Positions 16,453 through 30,725 of a DNA stretch of 64,000 bases are shown here, in pieces. Source of the stretch: Eledone cirrhosa (lineage: Eukaryota); NCBI GenBank assembly GCA_964016885.1, contig OZ024748.1:31310001-31374000 (forward strand), given 5' to 3'. A program made the position numbers and the translations under genes. A model generated the notes under the pieces. That model ran no database searches. It saw nothing but the letters and a program-made list of their open reading frames with translations, and was not told the origin of the DNA. Within the stretch, counting starts at the first letter, position 1. Each line of letters starts with the position of its first letter.

Positions 16453-17636
16453 TATTCATTATATAAACATTTACAACTATTATTATTATTAATTTTATAT
16501 ACTAAATAATCAAAAAAATAATAACCATAAAATAACTTTGAAATACTTTCCTTTCAAAAAAAATATTGTTTGAACAATATTTTTTTTTTAAACAATATAT
16601 ATTAATTCATAAAGACCAATTATAAATTAACTACAAAATTAAATCTATATTATTTTTAAATAATATATAAGTATAAAACAACCAAAAGTTAATTATATAT
16701 ATATCTATACTCGATACGAACGAAATTTATAAATCCCAGTATATATATATTTTTTTTTTATACAATTAATCTAACTAACCTGAGGCAGATCTTGTTATAA
16801 TACCAGAGGCACAGGCCCCAATATTCAATTTATTAAATAAATATTATTATATGATAAATTAAAGTACTTTTATAAGTTATCACAATTAAAATACATTATA
16901 ACTATATTGATTATAATACTTCAATCACGGATTTATTTATAAAACAAATAATAATAATTAAATAATAATAAATTTATTAATATCTTAGTATAAATTTGTT
17001 ATTTAAAACAATTTTATTTAAAAGCAGGGATACAAATATAGGTTATAACGTATAAAATTTATTTATTTAAAAGCAGGGATACAAATATATTTGTATAATA
17101 ATCATATATAAATTAATTAATTAAATAAAATTTAATTTAAAAATAATATTAATTTAGATTTAATGATAGTAAAAGAATAGAATTTTATTCCACTCTACAA
17201 GAAGCTTTTCCACCAACTTTATATTGAAACCAATTATTAATTATAATTTAATTATAATACACACTCAAATGTCTATATAATAAACTAGCTACCATAAAAA
17301 TCGAATAGCATTTCACTACCATTTATCATTAAATATATAACTTTACCACGTTAACAAATCAATATAATAAATAAATCTTCCTATTTCGAGAACCTAATAT
17401 TTATTTATTAATATTATTAATCTATTATACAAAAGATACAATCATTAATATTTACTATACATTAATTCTTTTAAACACCCTTTTCAGTACAATCAATTTT
17501 AACATTCTTCTAACCCTCTATTTAAAATTTTTAATCTAAACTATTTAAATAATAACTATATTATTAACTTTCAAAAATAATTAAATCAATAAATATTTTC
17601 TTAACGTAAGTGAGACACATTATACTTATGTTAATT

Positions 17637-18669
17637 CTTGTACTTTATTATATAAATCCAGAAACAATTTCTATTTCTTATGTAAATAACAAGAGTGACG
17701 GGCGATAAGTACTCCCTACAAAACCATTATTCACATATACACACTAATTAAAAATTACTATTAATTCCACCTTTCTATAAAAATATAAAATAAAATTAAC
17801 TCATTAAACCTTTTTTATAAGCTGCATAAAAATTTAAATATTTTCTAGTCTTTTAACATAATTCTTAAAACATAAACTGACGACAGCAATATACAAACTG
17901 AACTTATATACAATTTCAAAAAAAAGTTAGTTTAAATTGAGGATTATCAAATAAATTAACAAGCTCCCCTAATTGGATATGTAGAACCGCCAAACTTTTA
18001 AGTTTTAAATAAACACGTAATCTTATAAAAGTAAACATAATTCATAATACTCAGGTAAAATAACTATATTTTTACAAATCAAAATAATAGGGTATCTAAT
18101 CCTATCGGTAGAGGGTCGGACGCCATGCTTTGACGCATAGAGTTACGGCCCTTGCCATTCTGAGTTCAAATCCCGCCGAGGTTAACTTTTCCTTTCATCC
18201 TTACGGGGTCGATAAAATAAAGTACCAGTAATGTACTGGGTAATTTCTGGCCTTGTGCCAATAGTAGAAACAATGATTGAATTTTCAAAGCATTTATAAT
18301 AAAGAAAACAAAAAAAACAATCAAATTTTATATATAATTTTTACCTAAAAACTCATTATAATCTTTCCTCATAAATAATATTATATTACTTTATTTTCAA
18401 CCAAATCTTTTTAATCTTAATTATTTGTATAACCGCAGATGCTGGCACAAATTTATCCAATTACCCCATATAATTTCTGTATAAAGCTCCCATTTATTGT
18501 ACAAATAAATATACTGATAAAAATTATAAAACCTCTATATTAAATCCTCTTTAATAAGATAATATATTATATTTAAATTATAAATATATTAAATAAATAA
18601 TCTAAATATATAAATATATAATCAACGTTATATATATATAATTAAAAACAAACCAAAGTCAAATTTAAA
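17637..18669 (-). pseudogene. rrnS: mt 12S rRNA NUMT copy interrupted by a SINE
   Basis: 12S motifs on both sides of the 18105-18273 insert. Confidence 0.9.
18105..18273 (+). mobile_element. tRNA-derived SINE, 5'-deleted (Meta-domain-like core)
   Basis: B-box GAGTTCAAATCCC; core CCTTTCATCCTTACGGGGTCGATAAAATAAAGTACC; absent from other rrnS copies. Confidence 0.85.
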
Positions 18670-19152
18670 TAATAAAGAGATATAAATATATCCATTTTCG
18701 AGGTATGAACCCAACAGCTTTTTTAGCTTACTTTTAAATAATGTTTCAACAAAAATGTATTTTTAAATTTGCAATTTAATATTTTAATATAAATTATAAA
18801 ACCATGAGAAAGTTACTACTTATAAATAGATTTACAATCTACCGACTAAATTATTTCGACCACCTCATACAGAATTTAAACAACAAATATTTATTTTAAA
18901 TTTTGAAAATGTACAGTTTATTTTAACTTAAAACTCTTTACAAAAAAAGGACTTGAACCTTTCCCTTAAAGATCAAAATTTACATGCCCATACACCAAAT
19001 TATATTATTTTATTTAACATTATATCTAAACCTATTATTTGGAAAATAATTATACTATTTATACTAATAAAATATATTCTCAATAAATTATTAAAATTCA
19101 TCCCTAAAAATTGAAACTCTTTCGTGCCCATAAGAACCCTTAAATAAAATCC

Positions 19153-19265
<113 letters not shown>

Positions 19266-20322
19266 TATTTATTATATAAACATTTACAATTATTATTATT
19301 ATTATTATTAATTTTAAATACTAAATAATCAAAGAAATAATAACCATAAAATAACTTTGAAATATTTTCCTTTCAAAAATATCAAACACTATATTAAAAC
19401 ATTTTTTTTTAAACAATATATATTAATTTATAAAGTGCAATTATATAGCTTAATTTAACAAAAATAAATTAACTACAAAATTAAATCTATATTATTTTTA
19501 AATAATATATAAGTATAAATCAACCAATAATTAATTATATATATATCTATACTCGATACGAACGAAATTTATAAATCCCAGTATATATATATATTTTTTT
19601 GATACAATTAATCTAACTAACCTGAGGCAGATCTCGTTATAATACCAGAGGCACAGGCCCCAATATTCAATTTATTAAATAAATATTATTATATGATAAA
19701 TTAAAGTACTTTTATGAGTTATCATAATTAAAATACATTATAACTATATTGATTATAATACTTCAATTACGGATTTATTTATAAAACAAATAATAATAAT
19801 TAAATAATAATAAATTTATTAATATCTTAGTATAAATTTGTTATTTAAAACAATTTTATTTAAAAGCAGGGATACAAATATAGGTTATAACGTATAAACT
19901 TTATTTATTTAAAAGCAGGGATAGAAATATAGGTTATAACGTATAAAATTTATTTATTTAAAAGCAGGGATACAATATGAATTAAAATAATCATATATAA
20001 TTTAATTAATTAAATAAAATTTAATTTAAAATAATATTAATTTAGATTTCCTATTTCGAGAACCTAATATTTATTTATTAATATTATTAATCTATTTTAC
20101 AAAAGATACAATCATTAATATTTGCTATACATTAATTTTTTTATTTAAATTAACAAGCTCCCCTAATTGGATATGTAGAACCGCCAAACTTTTTAAGTTT
20201 TAAATAAACACGTAATCTTATAAAAGTAAACATAATTCATAATACTCAGGTAAAATAACTATATTTTTACAAATCAAAATAATAGGGTATCTAATCCTAG
20301 TTTATTATTGAATTTTCAAAGC

Positions 20323-20502
20323 GGTGGATTTGCAGTATGGGTAGAGGGTCAGACGCCATGCTTTCCAGCTTAGTTACGTCCCTTTACGATCTGAGTTCAA
20401 ATCTCGCCGAGATTGACTTTACCTTTCATCCTTACGGGGTCGATAAAATAAAGTACACTAATGTACTGGGTAATTGCTGGCCTTGTGCCTAAAGTAGAAA
20501 CA
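20323..20502 (+). mobile_element. tRNA-derived SINE with ~19-bp target-site duplication
   Basis: B-box GAGTTCAAATCTC and same core; ATTATTGAATTTTCAAAGC at 20304-20322 and 20503-20521. Confidence 0.9.
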
Positions 20503-21350
20503 ATTATTGAATTTTCAAAGCATTTATAATAAAGAAAACAAAAAAAAAAAATCAAATTTTATATATAAATTTTACCTAAAAACTCATTATAATCTTTCCT
20601 CATAAATAATATTATATTACTTTATTTTCAACCAAATCTTGTTAATCTTAATTATTTGTATAACCGCAGATGCTGGCACAAATTTATCCAATTACCACAT
20701 ATAATTTCTGTATAAAACTCCCATTTATTGTACAAATATATATACTGATAAAAATTATAAAACCTCTATATTAAATCCTATTTAATAACATAATATATTA
20801 TATTTAAGTTATAAATATATTAAATAAATAATCTAAATATATAAATATATAATCAACTTTATATATATATATAATATCTAACATGTATAAAATTAGAAAA
20901 ATTAAAAACAAACCAAAGTCAAATTTAAATAATAAAGAGATATAAATATATCCAAGCTTTTTTAGCTTACTTTATTATAAAGTTTCAACAAAAAAGTATT
21001 TTTAAATTTGCAATTTAATATTTTAATATAAATTATAAAACTTATAAATAGATTTACAATCTACCGACTAAATTATTTCGACCACCTCATACAGAATTTA
21101 AACAACAAATATTTATTTTAAATTTTGAAAATTTACAGTTTATTTTAACTTTACAAAAAGATAAAAATTTTACATGCCCATACACCAGATTATATTATTT
21201 TATTTAACATTATATCTAAACCTATTATTTGGAAAATAATTATACTATTTATACTAATAAAATATATTCTCAATAAATTATTAAAATTCATCCCTAAAAA
21301 TTGAAAATCTTTCGTGCCCATTACACCATAAGAACCCTTAAATAAAATCC

Positions 21351-21455
<105 letters not shown>

Positions 21456-21633
21456 TATTTACAATTATTATTATTATTAATATATACTTCATAATTTTAT
21501 ATTTTTTTGATTATTTATAATCAAAAAAATAATAACCATAAAATAAGTTTGAAATATTTTCCTAAAAATATCATCCCTAAGAATCGAAAATCTTTCGGGC
21601 CCATTACACCATAAGAACCCTTAAATAAAATCC

Positions 21634-21680
<47 letters not shown>

Positions 21681-21686
<6 letters not shown>

Positions 21687-22784
21687 GATCGAGTATCGAA
21701 AAATCGGCGCACGAGTTCACGATAAACGAGATTCGACATGAGCGGCAGAGGGCTCAATAATTCAGATGAATCAGAGCTATAACTATCGTTAAAATACCGT
21801 CACATATAGAACAAGTCTACAATCAACCATACGATTAAAAATCGATAAAGGAAGATTCGGGACAAACAGATAAAAAATATCAATAAAACAATACTTTCAA
21901 TAATTTAAATGAATGTAAAATCATACCCGGACCCACTAGACAGGTGTTAAATCTAGCTTCATGGGTTTCTGTAAATCCTTAGACTGTACTCTATCAGCTC
22001 ACATATAAATATAAAAGCCTACTAGAGCAAGCGGAACGGAGTTTTACTTTCTCAACGAGCTTTTTTCCTGGCGGTAGAGGAGCTAACTACCAGTGAAAAA
22101 CGAACATGGCATTAGACAAGGGAGATAACCCCTATATCCGCGAAAACAATTCGAGTGAATGTGGAAAAACACATATCGAATTAGAGTGCTCAATAGACAT
22201 GTTAAAATAAAACAAAAGCTATTCATCACTCAATAGAATCGACAAAAAATGAGCAATAAAATTAACTGGTGGATAGCTATGTCCAGAGCTAAATATATTA
22301 GAAAGATCGAGTATCGAAAAATCGGCGCACGAGTTCACGATAAACGAGATTCGACATGAGCGGCAGAGGGCTCAATAATTCAGATGAATCAGAGCTATAA
22401 CTATCGTTAAAATACCGTCACATATAGAACAAGTCTACAATCAACCATACGATAAAAAATCGATAAAGGAAGATTCGGGACAAACAGATAAAAAATATCA
22501 ATAAAACAATACGTCTATAATTTAAATGAATGTAAAATCATACCCGGACCCACTAGATAGGTGTTAAATCTAGCTTCATGGGTTTCTGTAAATCCTTAGA
22601 CTGTACTCTATCAGCTCACATATAAATATAAAAGCCTACTAGAGCAAGCGGAACGGAGTTTTACTTTCTCAACGAGCTTTTTTCCTGGCGGTAGAGGAGC
22701 TAACTACCAGTGAAAAACGCACATGGCATTAAACAAGGGAGATAACCCCTATATCCGCGAAAACAATTCGAGTGAATGTGGAAT
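21681..22784 (-). mobile_element. 1.8 tandem copies of a 618-bp non-coding element inserted at a (TA)n of the NUMT control region (retrozyme/Penelope pLTR-like)
   Basis: TAGAAAGATCGAG at 21681 and 22299; minus-strand end TTTCTAA abuts (TA)n; candidate variant hammerhead inside. Confidence 0.7.
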
Positions 22785-23197
22785 TAACTTATTGAAGAAA
22801 AATCAATTAATCTAACTAACCTGAGGCAGATCTTGTTATAATACCAGAGGCACAGGCCCCAATATTCAATTTATTAAATAAATATTATTATATGATAAAT
22901 TAAAGTACTTTTATAAGTTATCATAATTAAAATACATTATAACTATATACTTACGGATTTATTTATAAAACAAATAATAATAATTAAATAATAATAAATT
23001 TATTAATATCTTAGTATAAATTTGTTATTTAAAACAATTTTATTTAAAAGCAGGGATACAAATATAGGTTATAACGTATAAAATTTATTTATTTAAAAGC
23101 AGGGATACAAATATATTTGTATAATAATCATATATAATTTAATTAATTAAATAAAATTTAATTTAAAAATAATATTAATTTAGATTTAATGATAATA

Positions 23198-23579
23198 AAA
23201 GAATAGAATTTTATTCCACTTTACAAGAAGCTTTTCCCCCAAATTTATATTAAAACCAATTATTAATTATAATTTAATTATAATACACACTCAAATGTCT
23301 ATATAATAAAATAGCTACCATAAAAATCGATACTATTTATTATTAAATATATAACTTTACCACGTTAACAAATCAATATAATAAATAAATCTTCCTATTT
23401 CGAGAACCTAATATTTATTTATTAATATTATTAATCTATTATACAAAAGATACAATCATTAATATTTACTATACATTAATTTTTTAAACACACTTTTCAG
23501 TACAATCAACTTTAACATTCTTCTAACCCTCTATTTAAAATTTTTAATCTAAACTATTTAAATAACTGTATTATTAATT
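23198..23579 (-). pseudogene. rrnL: mt 16S rRNA 5' fragment (also at ~4078, 9299, 14577, 17170)
   Basis: Minus-strand GTATCTTTTGTATAA and GTTCTCGAAATAGGAAGATT motifs; adjacent to trnV. Confidence 0.75.
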
Positions 23580-23646
23580 TTCAAATATAATTAAATCAAT
23601 AAATATTTTCTCAACGTAAGTGAGACACATTATACTTATGTTAATT
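23580..23646 (-). pseudogene. trnV: NUMT tRNA-Val(TAC)
   Basis: Anticodon arm TCTCA-CTTACGT-TGAGA between rrnL and rrnS. Confidence 0.85.
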
Positions 23647-24565
23647 CTTGTACTTTATTATATAAATCCAGAAACAATTTCTATTTCTTATCTAAATAAC
23701 AAGAGTGACGGGCGATATGTACACCCTACAAAACCATTATTCACATATACACACTAATTAAAAATTACTATTAAGTCCACCTTTCTATAAAAATATATAA
23801 TTTTAAATACGGAACAAAATAAAATTAACTATAGTAGCTCATTAAACCTTTTTTATAAGCTGCATAAAAATTTAAATATTTTCTAGTCTTTTAACATAAT
23901 TCTTAAAACATAAACTGACGACAGCAATATACAAACTGAACTTATATACAATTTCAAAAAAAAGTTAGTTTAAATTGAGGATTATCAAATAAATTAACAA
24001 GCTCCCCTAATTGGATATGTAGAACCGCCAAACTTTTTAAGTTTTAAATAAACACGTAATCTTATAAAAGTAAACATAATTCATAATACTCAGGTAAAAT
24101 AACTTTATTTTTACAAATCAAAATAATAGGGTAACTAATCCTAGTTTATTATTGAATTTTCAAAGCATTTATAATAAAGAAAACAAAAAAAAAACAATCA
24201 TATTTTATATATAAATTTTACCTAAAAACTCATTATAATCTTTCCTCATAAATAATATTGTATTACTTTATTTTCAACCAAATCTTTTTAATCTTAATTA
24301 TTTGTATAACCGCAGATGCTGGCACAAATTTATCCAATTACCACATATAATTTCTGTACAAATATATTGTACAAATATATTGTACAAATATATTGTACAA
24401 ATATATATACTGATAAAAATTATAAAACCTCTATATTAAATCCTATTTAATAAGATAATATATTATATTTAAATTATAAATATATTAAATAAATAATCTA
24501 AATATATAAATATATAATCAACGTTATATATATATAATTAAAAACAAACCAAAGTCAAATTTAAT
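23647..24565 (-). pseudogene. rrnS: mt 12S rRNA NUMT copy
   Basis: Conserved 12S motifs. Confidence 0.92.
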
Positions 24566-25033
24566 TAATAAAGAGATATAAATATATCCATTTTCGAGGT
24601 ATGATCCCAACAGCTTTTTTAGCTTACTTTATTATAAAGTTTCAACAAAAATGTATTTTTAAATTTGCAATTTAATATTTTAATATAAATTATAAAACCA
24701 TGAGAAAGTTACTACTTATAAATAGATTTACAATCTACCGACTAAATTATTTCGACCACCTCATACAAAATTTAAACAACAAATATTTATTTTAAATTTT
24801 GAAAATTTACAGTTTATTTTAACTTAAAACTCTTTACAAAAAAAGGACTTGAACCTTTCCCTTAAAGATCAAAACTTTACATGCCCATACAGCAGATTAT
24901 ATTATTTTATTTAACATTATATCTAAACCTATTATTTGGAAAATAATTATACTATTTATACTAATAAAATATATTCTCAATAAATTATTAAAATTCATCC
25001 CTAAAAATTGAAAATCTTTCGTGCCCATAAGAA
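24566..25033 (-). pseudogene. Best-preserved NUMT tRNA cluster: M 24566-24633, C 24634-24698, Y 24699-24764, W 24765-24833, Q 24834-24901, G 24902-24971, E 24972-25033
   Basis: Anticodons CAT, GCA, GTA, TCA, TTG, TCC, TTC in paired arms on the minus strand. Confidence 0.9.
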
Positions 25034-25049
25034 CCCTTAAATAAAATCC

Positions 25050-25112
<63 letters not shown>

Positions 25113-25297
25113 TATTTACAATTATTATTATTATTAATATTTACTTCCTAATTTTATATAATAAATAATCAAAAAAATAATAACCATAAAATAACTTTGA
25201 AATATTTTCGTTTCAAAAATATCATTACAATATATCATACCTAATAATTGAAAGTCTTTCGTGCCCATTACACCATAAGAACCCTTAAATAAAATCC

Positions 25298-25352
<55 letters not shown>

Positions 25353-26392
25353 TATTTATTATATAAACATTTACAATTATTATTATTATTATTAATTTTA
25401 TATACTAAATAATCAAAAAAATAATAACCATAAAATAACTTTGAAATATTTTCCTTTCAAAAATATCAAACAATATATTAAAACATTTTTTTTTTAAACA
25501 ATATATATTAATTCATAAAGACCAATTATATAGCTTAATTTAACAAAAATAAATTAACTACAAAATTAAATCTATATTATTTTTAAATAATATATACGTA
25601 TAAAACAACCAAAAATTAATTATATATATATCTATACTCGATACGAACGAAATTTATAAATCCCAGTATATATATATTTTTTTGATATCTAAATTAACTT
25701 AGTATATATTGAAGAAAAAAACAATTAATCTAACTAACCTGAGGCAGATCTTGTTATAATACCAAAGGCACAGGCCCCAATATTCAATTTATTAAATAAA
25801 TATTATTATATGATAAATTAAAGTACTTTTATAAGTTATCATAATTAAAATACATTATAACTATATTGATTATAATACTTCAATTACGGATAATATAAAA
25901 CAAATAATAATAATTAAATAATAATAAATTTATTAATATCTTAGTATTTATAATAACCTATATTTGTATCCCTGCTTTTAAATAAAATCGTTTTAAATAA
26001 CAAGATATTAATAAGATAATAATGAATTTATTAATATCTTATTAATATCTTGTTATTTAAAACAATTTTATTTAAAAGCAGGGATACAATATAAATTAAA
26101 ATAATCATATATAATTTAAATAAAATAAAATTTAATTTAAAAATAATATTAATTTAGATTTAATGATAATAGAAAAGAATTTTCTTCATTTATTTTAAAT
26201 ATATTTTTACTAAGAATATACGATAGTTATATAATATATAATAATCATTTTTTTAAAATAAAATAACTCCCTCTATGGTCTTCTTAAAATCACATATAAA
26301 ATCACATCATAAAATCACATATAAATCTGTAAATATATATAAATCAATTTAATACTTTAACAAAATAATAAATAATACTTATATATCTATTT

Positions 26393-27122
26393 ATGACCCG
26401 AAATCCATTCCATCTAGTTGAATTTAGACCATGACCTTTAACTGGATCTATAAGAGCATTATTTTTAACTACTGGATTATCTTCATGATTTCATAATTAC
26501 GGAACTTTACTATTAATACTTGCATTTTCTCTTATTATTTTAACAATAATTCAATGATGACGAGAAATAATTCAATGATCTGTGAAAGCACATTCCAAGG
26601 ATTTCATACTTCAAAAGTATATAACGGAATACGATGAGGAATAATTTTATTTATTGTCTCAGAAATCTGTTTTTCTTTTGCTTTTTCTGAGCTTATTTCC
26701 ATAGAAGATTAGCATGTTGACCTCCTATTAATATTTAAGACCCCTTCCAAATTCCTCTTCTTAATACTGCAATTCTCCTATCATCCGGAGTTTCCGTAAC
26801 TTGAGCACATCATTCTCTTATAACAAATAACCTTAAACCAGCCATTCAAGCTATAATTATTACCATCTTTTTAGGATTTTATTTCACCGTCCTACAAGCA
26901 ATAGATAGTATTTACGGCACAACCTTTTTTGAAGCTACAGGATTTCACGGACTTCATGATATTATTGGTTCAACCTTTTTATTAATATGTTTAATCCGAA
27001 TTATTATAAATCACTTCTCATCATCCCACCATTTTGGATTTGAAGCAGCTGCATAATATTGACATTTCGTCGATGTTGTTTGATTATTTCTATATACTTT
27101 TATTTATTGATGAGGATCATAA
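26393..27122 (+). pseudogene. cox3: cytochrome c oxidase subunit III (NUMT)
   Basis: MTRNPFHLVEFSPWPL... and ...WHFVDVVWLFLYTFIYWWGS* in the invertebrate mt code; frameshifts and an internal stop. Confidence 0.96.
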
Positions 27123-27129
27123 TATAATA

Positions 27130-27426
27130 TTATTAAGTGGCCGAAAAATTAAGCACTAGACTTTTAATCTAATGGTATTATATTTTACAAAGAAAATTTA
27201 ATTTGCACTTAAAAACAAATAGAAAATATCTATTTAATACCACCCTACTCAAGAAATGAACTTTCATATATGGTTTCGACCCATAATTAGGTATTTTATT
27301 ACCCTTGTTTCAACATTTAACTATTAATTAAAAAACTGAAAATATTTTCTTTGTTGAAAGTATAGCGCCGGAATGAACGGATTATATTGATGTTATAAAA
27401 AATAAGAAAAATTATCTTCTATGCTT
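27130..27426 (+). pseudogene. NUMT tRNA cluster K (partial), A, R, N (partial), I
   Basis: Anticodon arms with TTT, TGC, TCG and GAT; expected order after cox3. Confidence 0.85.
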
Positions 27427-27617
27427 ATGATATCCACCTTATTATTTTTAATATTTTTATCTTTATTAAATATAATATTATTTTTTATCAGTAATATCAC
27501 TATAATTAAAACTACTAAGGATCGAGAAAAAATTTACCTTTTGAATATGGATTTCTATACGATTTTTTTTATTAGCAGTTATCTTCTTAATTTTTGATAT
27601 CGAAATTATTCTTTTAA
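27427..27617 (+). pseudogene. nad3: NADH dehydrogenase 3 fragment (NUMT)
   Basis: DREK..PFEYGF and RFFLLAVIFLIFDIEIILL motifs. Confidence 0.9.
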
Positions 27618-27897
27618 AATATTTTATTATTCAAAGATTTAGCTCATCAATTTTTATAATATCCATAATTTTTATATATTTATACTCTTTATCTATGTAC
27701 TCTATATTTAATAATTCTCTATTTTCTTCCATTATAATTGTATCACTTCTTATTAAACTAGGAAGTGCACCTTTCCACTTTTTGACTTCCAAGAATATGT
27801 AAACAAATAAGATGAATAATATTTTTTATTTTATCATGACAAAAATTAGCACCTTTATTTATACTATCATTTATTAATTTCAATTACACCATTATTA
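27618..27897 (+). pseudogene. nad2: NADH dehydrogenase 2 fragments (NUMT)
   Basis: KYFIIQS, LLIKLGSAPFH and WQKLAP motifs. Confidence 0.88.
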
Positions 27898-27916
27898 AGA
27901 AGATTTATAGATTTAA

Positions 27917-28060
27917 GATCAAGTAAATTTATATTCAAGTCGTCCTGGAATCTTTTATGGTTAATGCTCAGAAATCTGCGGAGCCATTCATTCTTTTATA
28001 CCAATTACCCTCGAAATTGTAAATATAAATACATTTAATAATTGACTATATAATATAATT
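27917..28060 (+). pseudogene. cox2: cox2 3' fragment (NUMT)
   Basis: [21 protein letters not shown]. Confidence 0.92.
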
Positions 28061-28072
28061 AATTAATCAATT

Positions 28073-28132
28073 AAAAAGTTAGTTAAATTTGTCAAATTTA
28101 AATTACTTACTATTAATCCTAGTACTTTTTTC
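28073..28132 (+). pseudogene. trnD: NUMT tRNA-Asp (partly deleted)
   Basis: TTGTCAA anticodon loop between cox2 and atp8. Confidence 0.75.
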
Positions 28133-28276
28133 ATGCCTCAATTATCACCATTAAATTGAATCTTTTTATTTTCTATATTCTGAATAATTATATTTTTAAA
28201 TTCATCTATTATATGATGAAATAATAATAACATTTATTCCTCAAATAACAAATAAATAAATAAATATAGCTGATAA
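28133..28276 (+). pseudogene. atp8: ATP synthase subunit 8 (NUMT)
   Basis: MPQLSPLNW start; premature TAA. Confidence 0.93.
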
Positions 28277-28277
28277 T

Positions 28278-28971
28278 ATAATGATAGTAGATATTTTTTC
28301 ATTTGATGATCATAACTCAACAACCATATATCTCCATTCCCTAACTGGAATTTTATCAATTTGATCCCTTTTTTTTATTAACTCATCTCTCTGAATTTAT
28401 CCTTCAAAAAGATATTCATTAATTATAATTCCCAATCAAATTATTAATATCCAAATTACACGATATTTTAGAATAAAAATAGAAGGATTCTCCTTAATCG
28501 TGTCATCACTATTTTTATTAATCATTAACTTTAATCTGTTGGGATTAATCCCTTATGTATTTAGAACAACAAGACATTTAGTTATATCATTTTCTCTATC
28601 ACTCCCTTTATGATTAAGGTTAATACTATCATCTTATAAAAATAATCCATATTCATCTCTAGCCTCACTTTTACCTTCTGGTACTCCATCATTTTTAATT
28701 CCTTTTCTCCCTCTTATCGAATTCTTAAGAATTATAGTTCAACCTGTAACTTTAGCTATCCGAATTGCTGCTAATATTAGAGCAGGTCACATTATTTTAA
28801 CTTTAATCGGAGACCTTTTAGCATCATCTATTCTTAATATTACTATATTTTCATCATCTATTGTCATAATTACTATATTAATTCAAACAGGATATTTTAT
28901 CTTCGAAATTGGTATTGCCATTATTCAAGGTTATATTTTTTCTCTTTTAATTACTTTATAACCATCAATAG
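28278..28971 (+). pseudogene. atp6: ATP synthase subunit 6 (NUMT)
   Basis: NLLGLIPYVF, TLAIRIAANISAGH and EIGIAIIQGYIF motifs. Confidence 0.95.
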
Positions 28972-29001
28972 ATAAAAAATATAAATAAATAAATTTATAT
29001 T

Positions 29002-29036
29002 TTATTTAAAGATAAAATTATCACCTTAACACCTTC
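29002..29036 (-). pseudogene. trnF: NUMT tRNA-Phe, 3' half
   Basis: Minus-strand TGAAGGTGTTAAGG...; expected position between atp6 and nad5. Confidence 0.55.
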
Positions 29037-30669
29037 ATTATTAAATAAATATTAAAAAAAACTATTATTCATCGTTCCATAATAATTATAAAATTTTTTA
29101 ATATTAAAAAAATCCCTTGACCCCTTACCAATTCAAACCATCCTATATCAACAGATTTTAAATTTATATTACTAATGTTTATTATAAAATACAAAAAAGG
29201 ATATCCCCTTAAAAAAGATAAAAATGATATTTTTCTATTAAATCAATAAACCATGTTTAATTCAACTTTTTATAAATTTTATTCATTCTTAACGAAAAAA
29301 ATAATAATAATAAAACTAACCTTTTATATATAAAAGGTAAAATAATAATTTCATTAAAATAAATAGTTATATTTTGATAATATAATCCACCAAATATAGC
29401 TCCTAAAGATAAAATTAATATAGATATAATAATATTATTATCATCATCATTTATATTTTCATAATTAATTCTAACTACATCTCTCCATAATATAAATATA
29501 GATAAACGTATAGAATATAATATTGTCAATATAATATTGTCAATCCTAATATACCCAACACTATATTTATATTTCTTCTTAACAATCTCTCAATAATTAA
29601 ATCTTTAGAATAAAATCCAGCTAAAAAAGGCAACCCACATAAAGCCATATTAGAAATATTTATAATTAAACTAGTAAATGGTAAATTATAATAAACACCT
29701 TTAATATCACGAATATCTTGTATACCTATATAACAATGAATAATATTTCCACCACATATAAATAATAATGCTTTAAACATCGCATGTTTATACAAATGAA
29801 ATATAGGTATCTTTAAACCTAAAGATATTATTATTACTCCCAATTGTCTTAATGTAGATAAAGCAATAATGTTTTTTTATATCATACTCGAAAATAGCAC
29901 AAATACCAGATATAAGCGTAGTTATAATAGAAATAAATATAATAAATTCACAAAACCCACTAATATTTAATAAATGATTATAAAATCGAATTAATAAAAA
30001 AACCCAGCCGTTACTAAAGTAGAAGAATGAACTAATGCAGATACTGGAGTAGGTGCCGCTATAGCAGCAGGTAATCATCTTCTAAAAGGAATTTGAGTTA
30101 TACCAGCAATTACAATAAAAATTATACAAATATAAAAAAAAAAAATACCAAATACATAAATAATTTCAATGTCCCAATAAAACCATTATTCTAATTCCTC
30201 CTAAAATAAAACAATCTCCAACTCGATTTATCAATACAGTTAATATTCCTGCCCTTAATGATTTATTATTTTGATAGAGGGTGTTATATATGAGTCAAAT
30301 TCAATGTTTATAAAATCTGAATATTCATCTAATAAATCTAGGAATAAATCTAGGAATAAAAATTAAAAAAATTATAGATAATACAAATAATATTAAAACA
30401 ATTATAAATCGTTTTCTATCACCACATATATATCTTAATCTAAAAATACAAACCGAACTTGAAATTAAACAAACTAATCTCCTAAATCTACATCTCACTC
30501 AATCAAATAAAATATCTAACTCTACAAATAATCTTATTACCCTAAAAATTTCCCAAGAAATAATATAACAACAATTATTAACCACTAAATATATAAACAT
30601 TCTTATCCAAAAAAAAGAAAATAATATCAATATTATTCTAAAAAAATACTCAATAGAAAATTTCTTCAT
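29037..30669 (-). pseudogene. nad5: NADH dehydrogenase 5 (NUMT, frameshifted)
   Basis: HAMFKALLFICGG, ALCGLPFLAGFYSKDLI and AAPTPVSALVHSSTLVTAG motifs. Confidence 0.96.
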
Positions 30670-30725
30670 AAAATAATATTTTTCTCTAAGCCCACAACCT
30701 AGTATTTTAAATAAACTAATTTCAT
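30670..30725 (-). pseudogene. trnH: NUMT tRNA-His(GTG)
   Basis: CTAGG-TTGTGGG-CTTAG anticodon arm. Confidence 0.85.
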
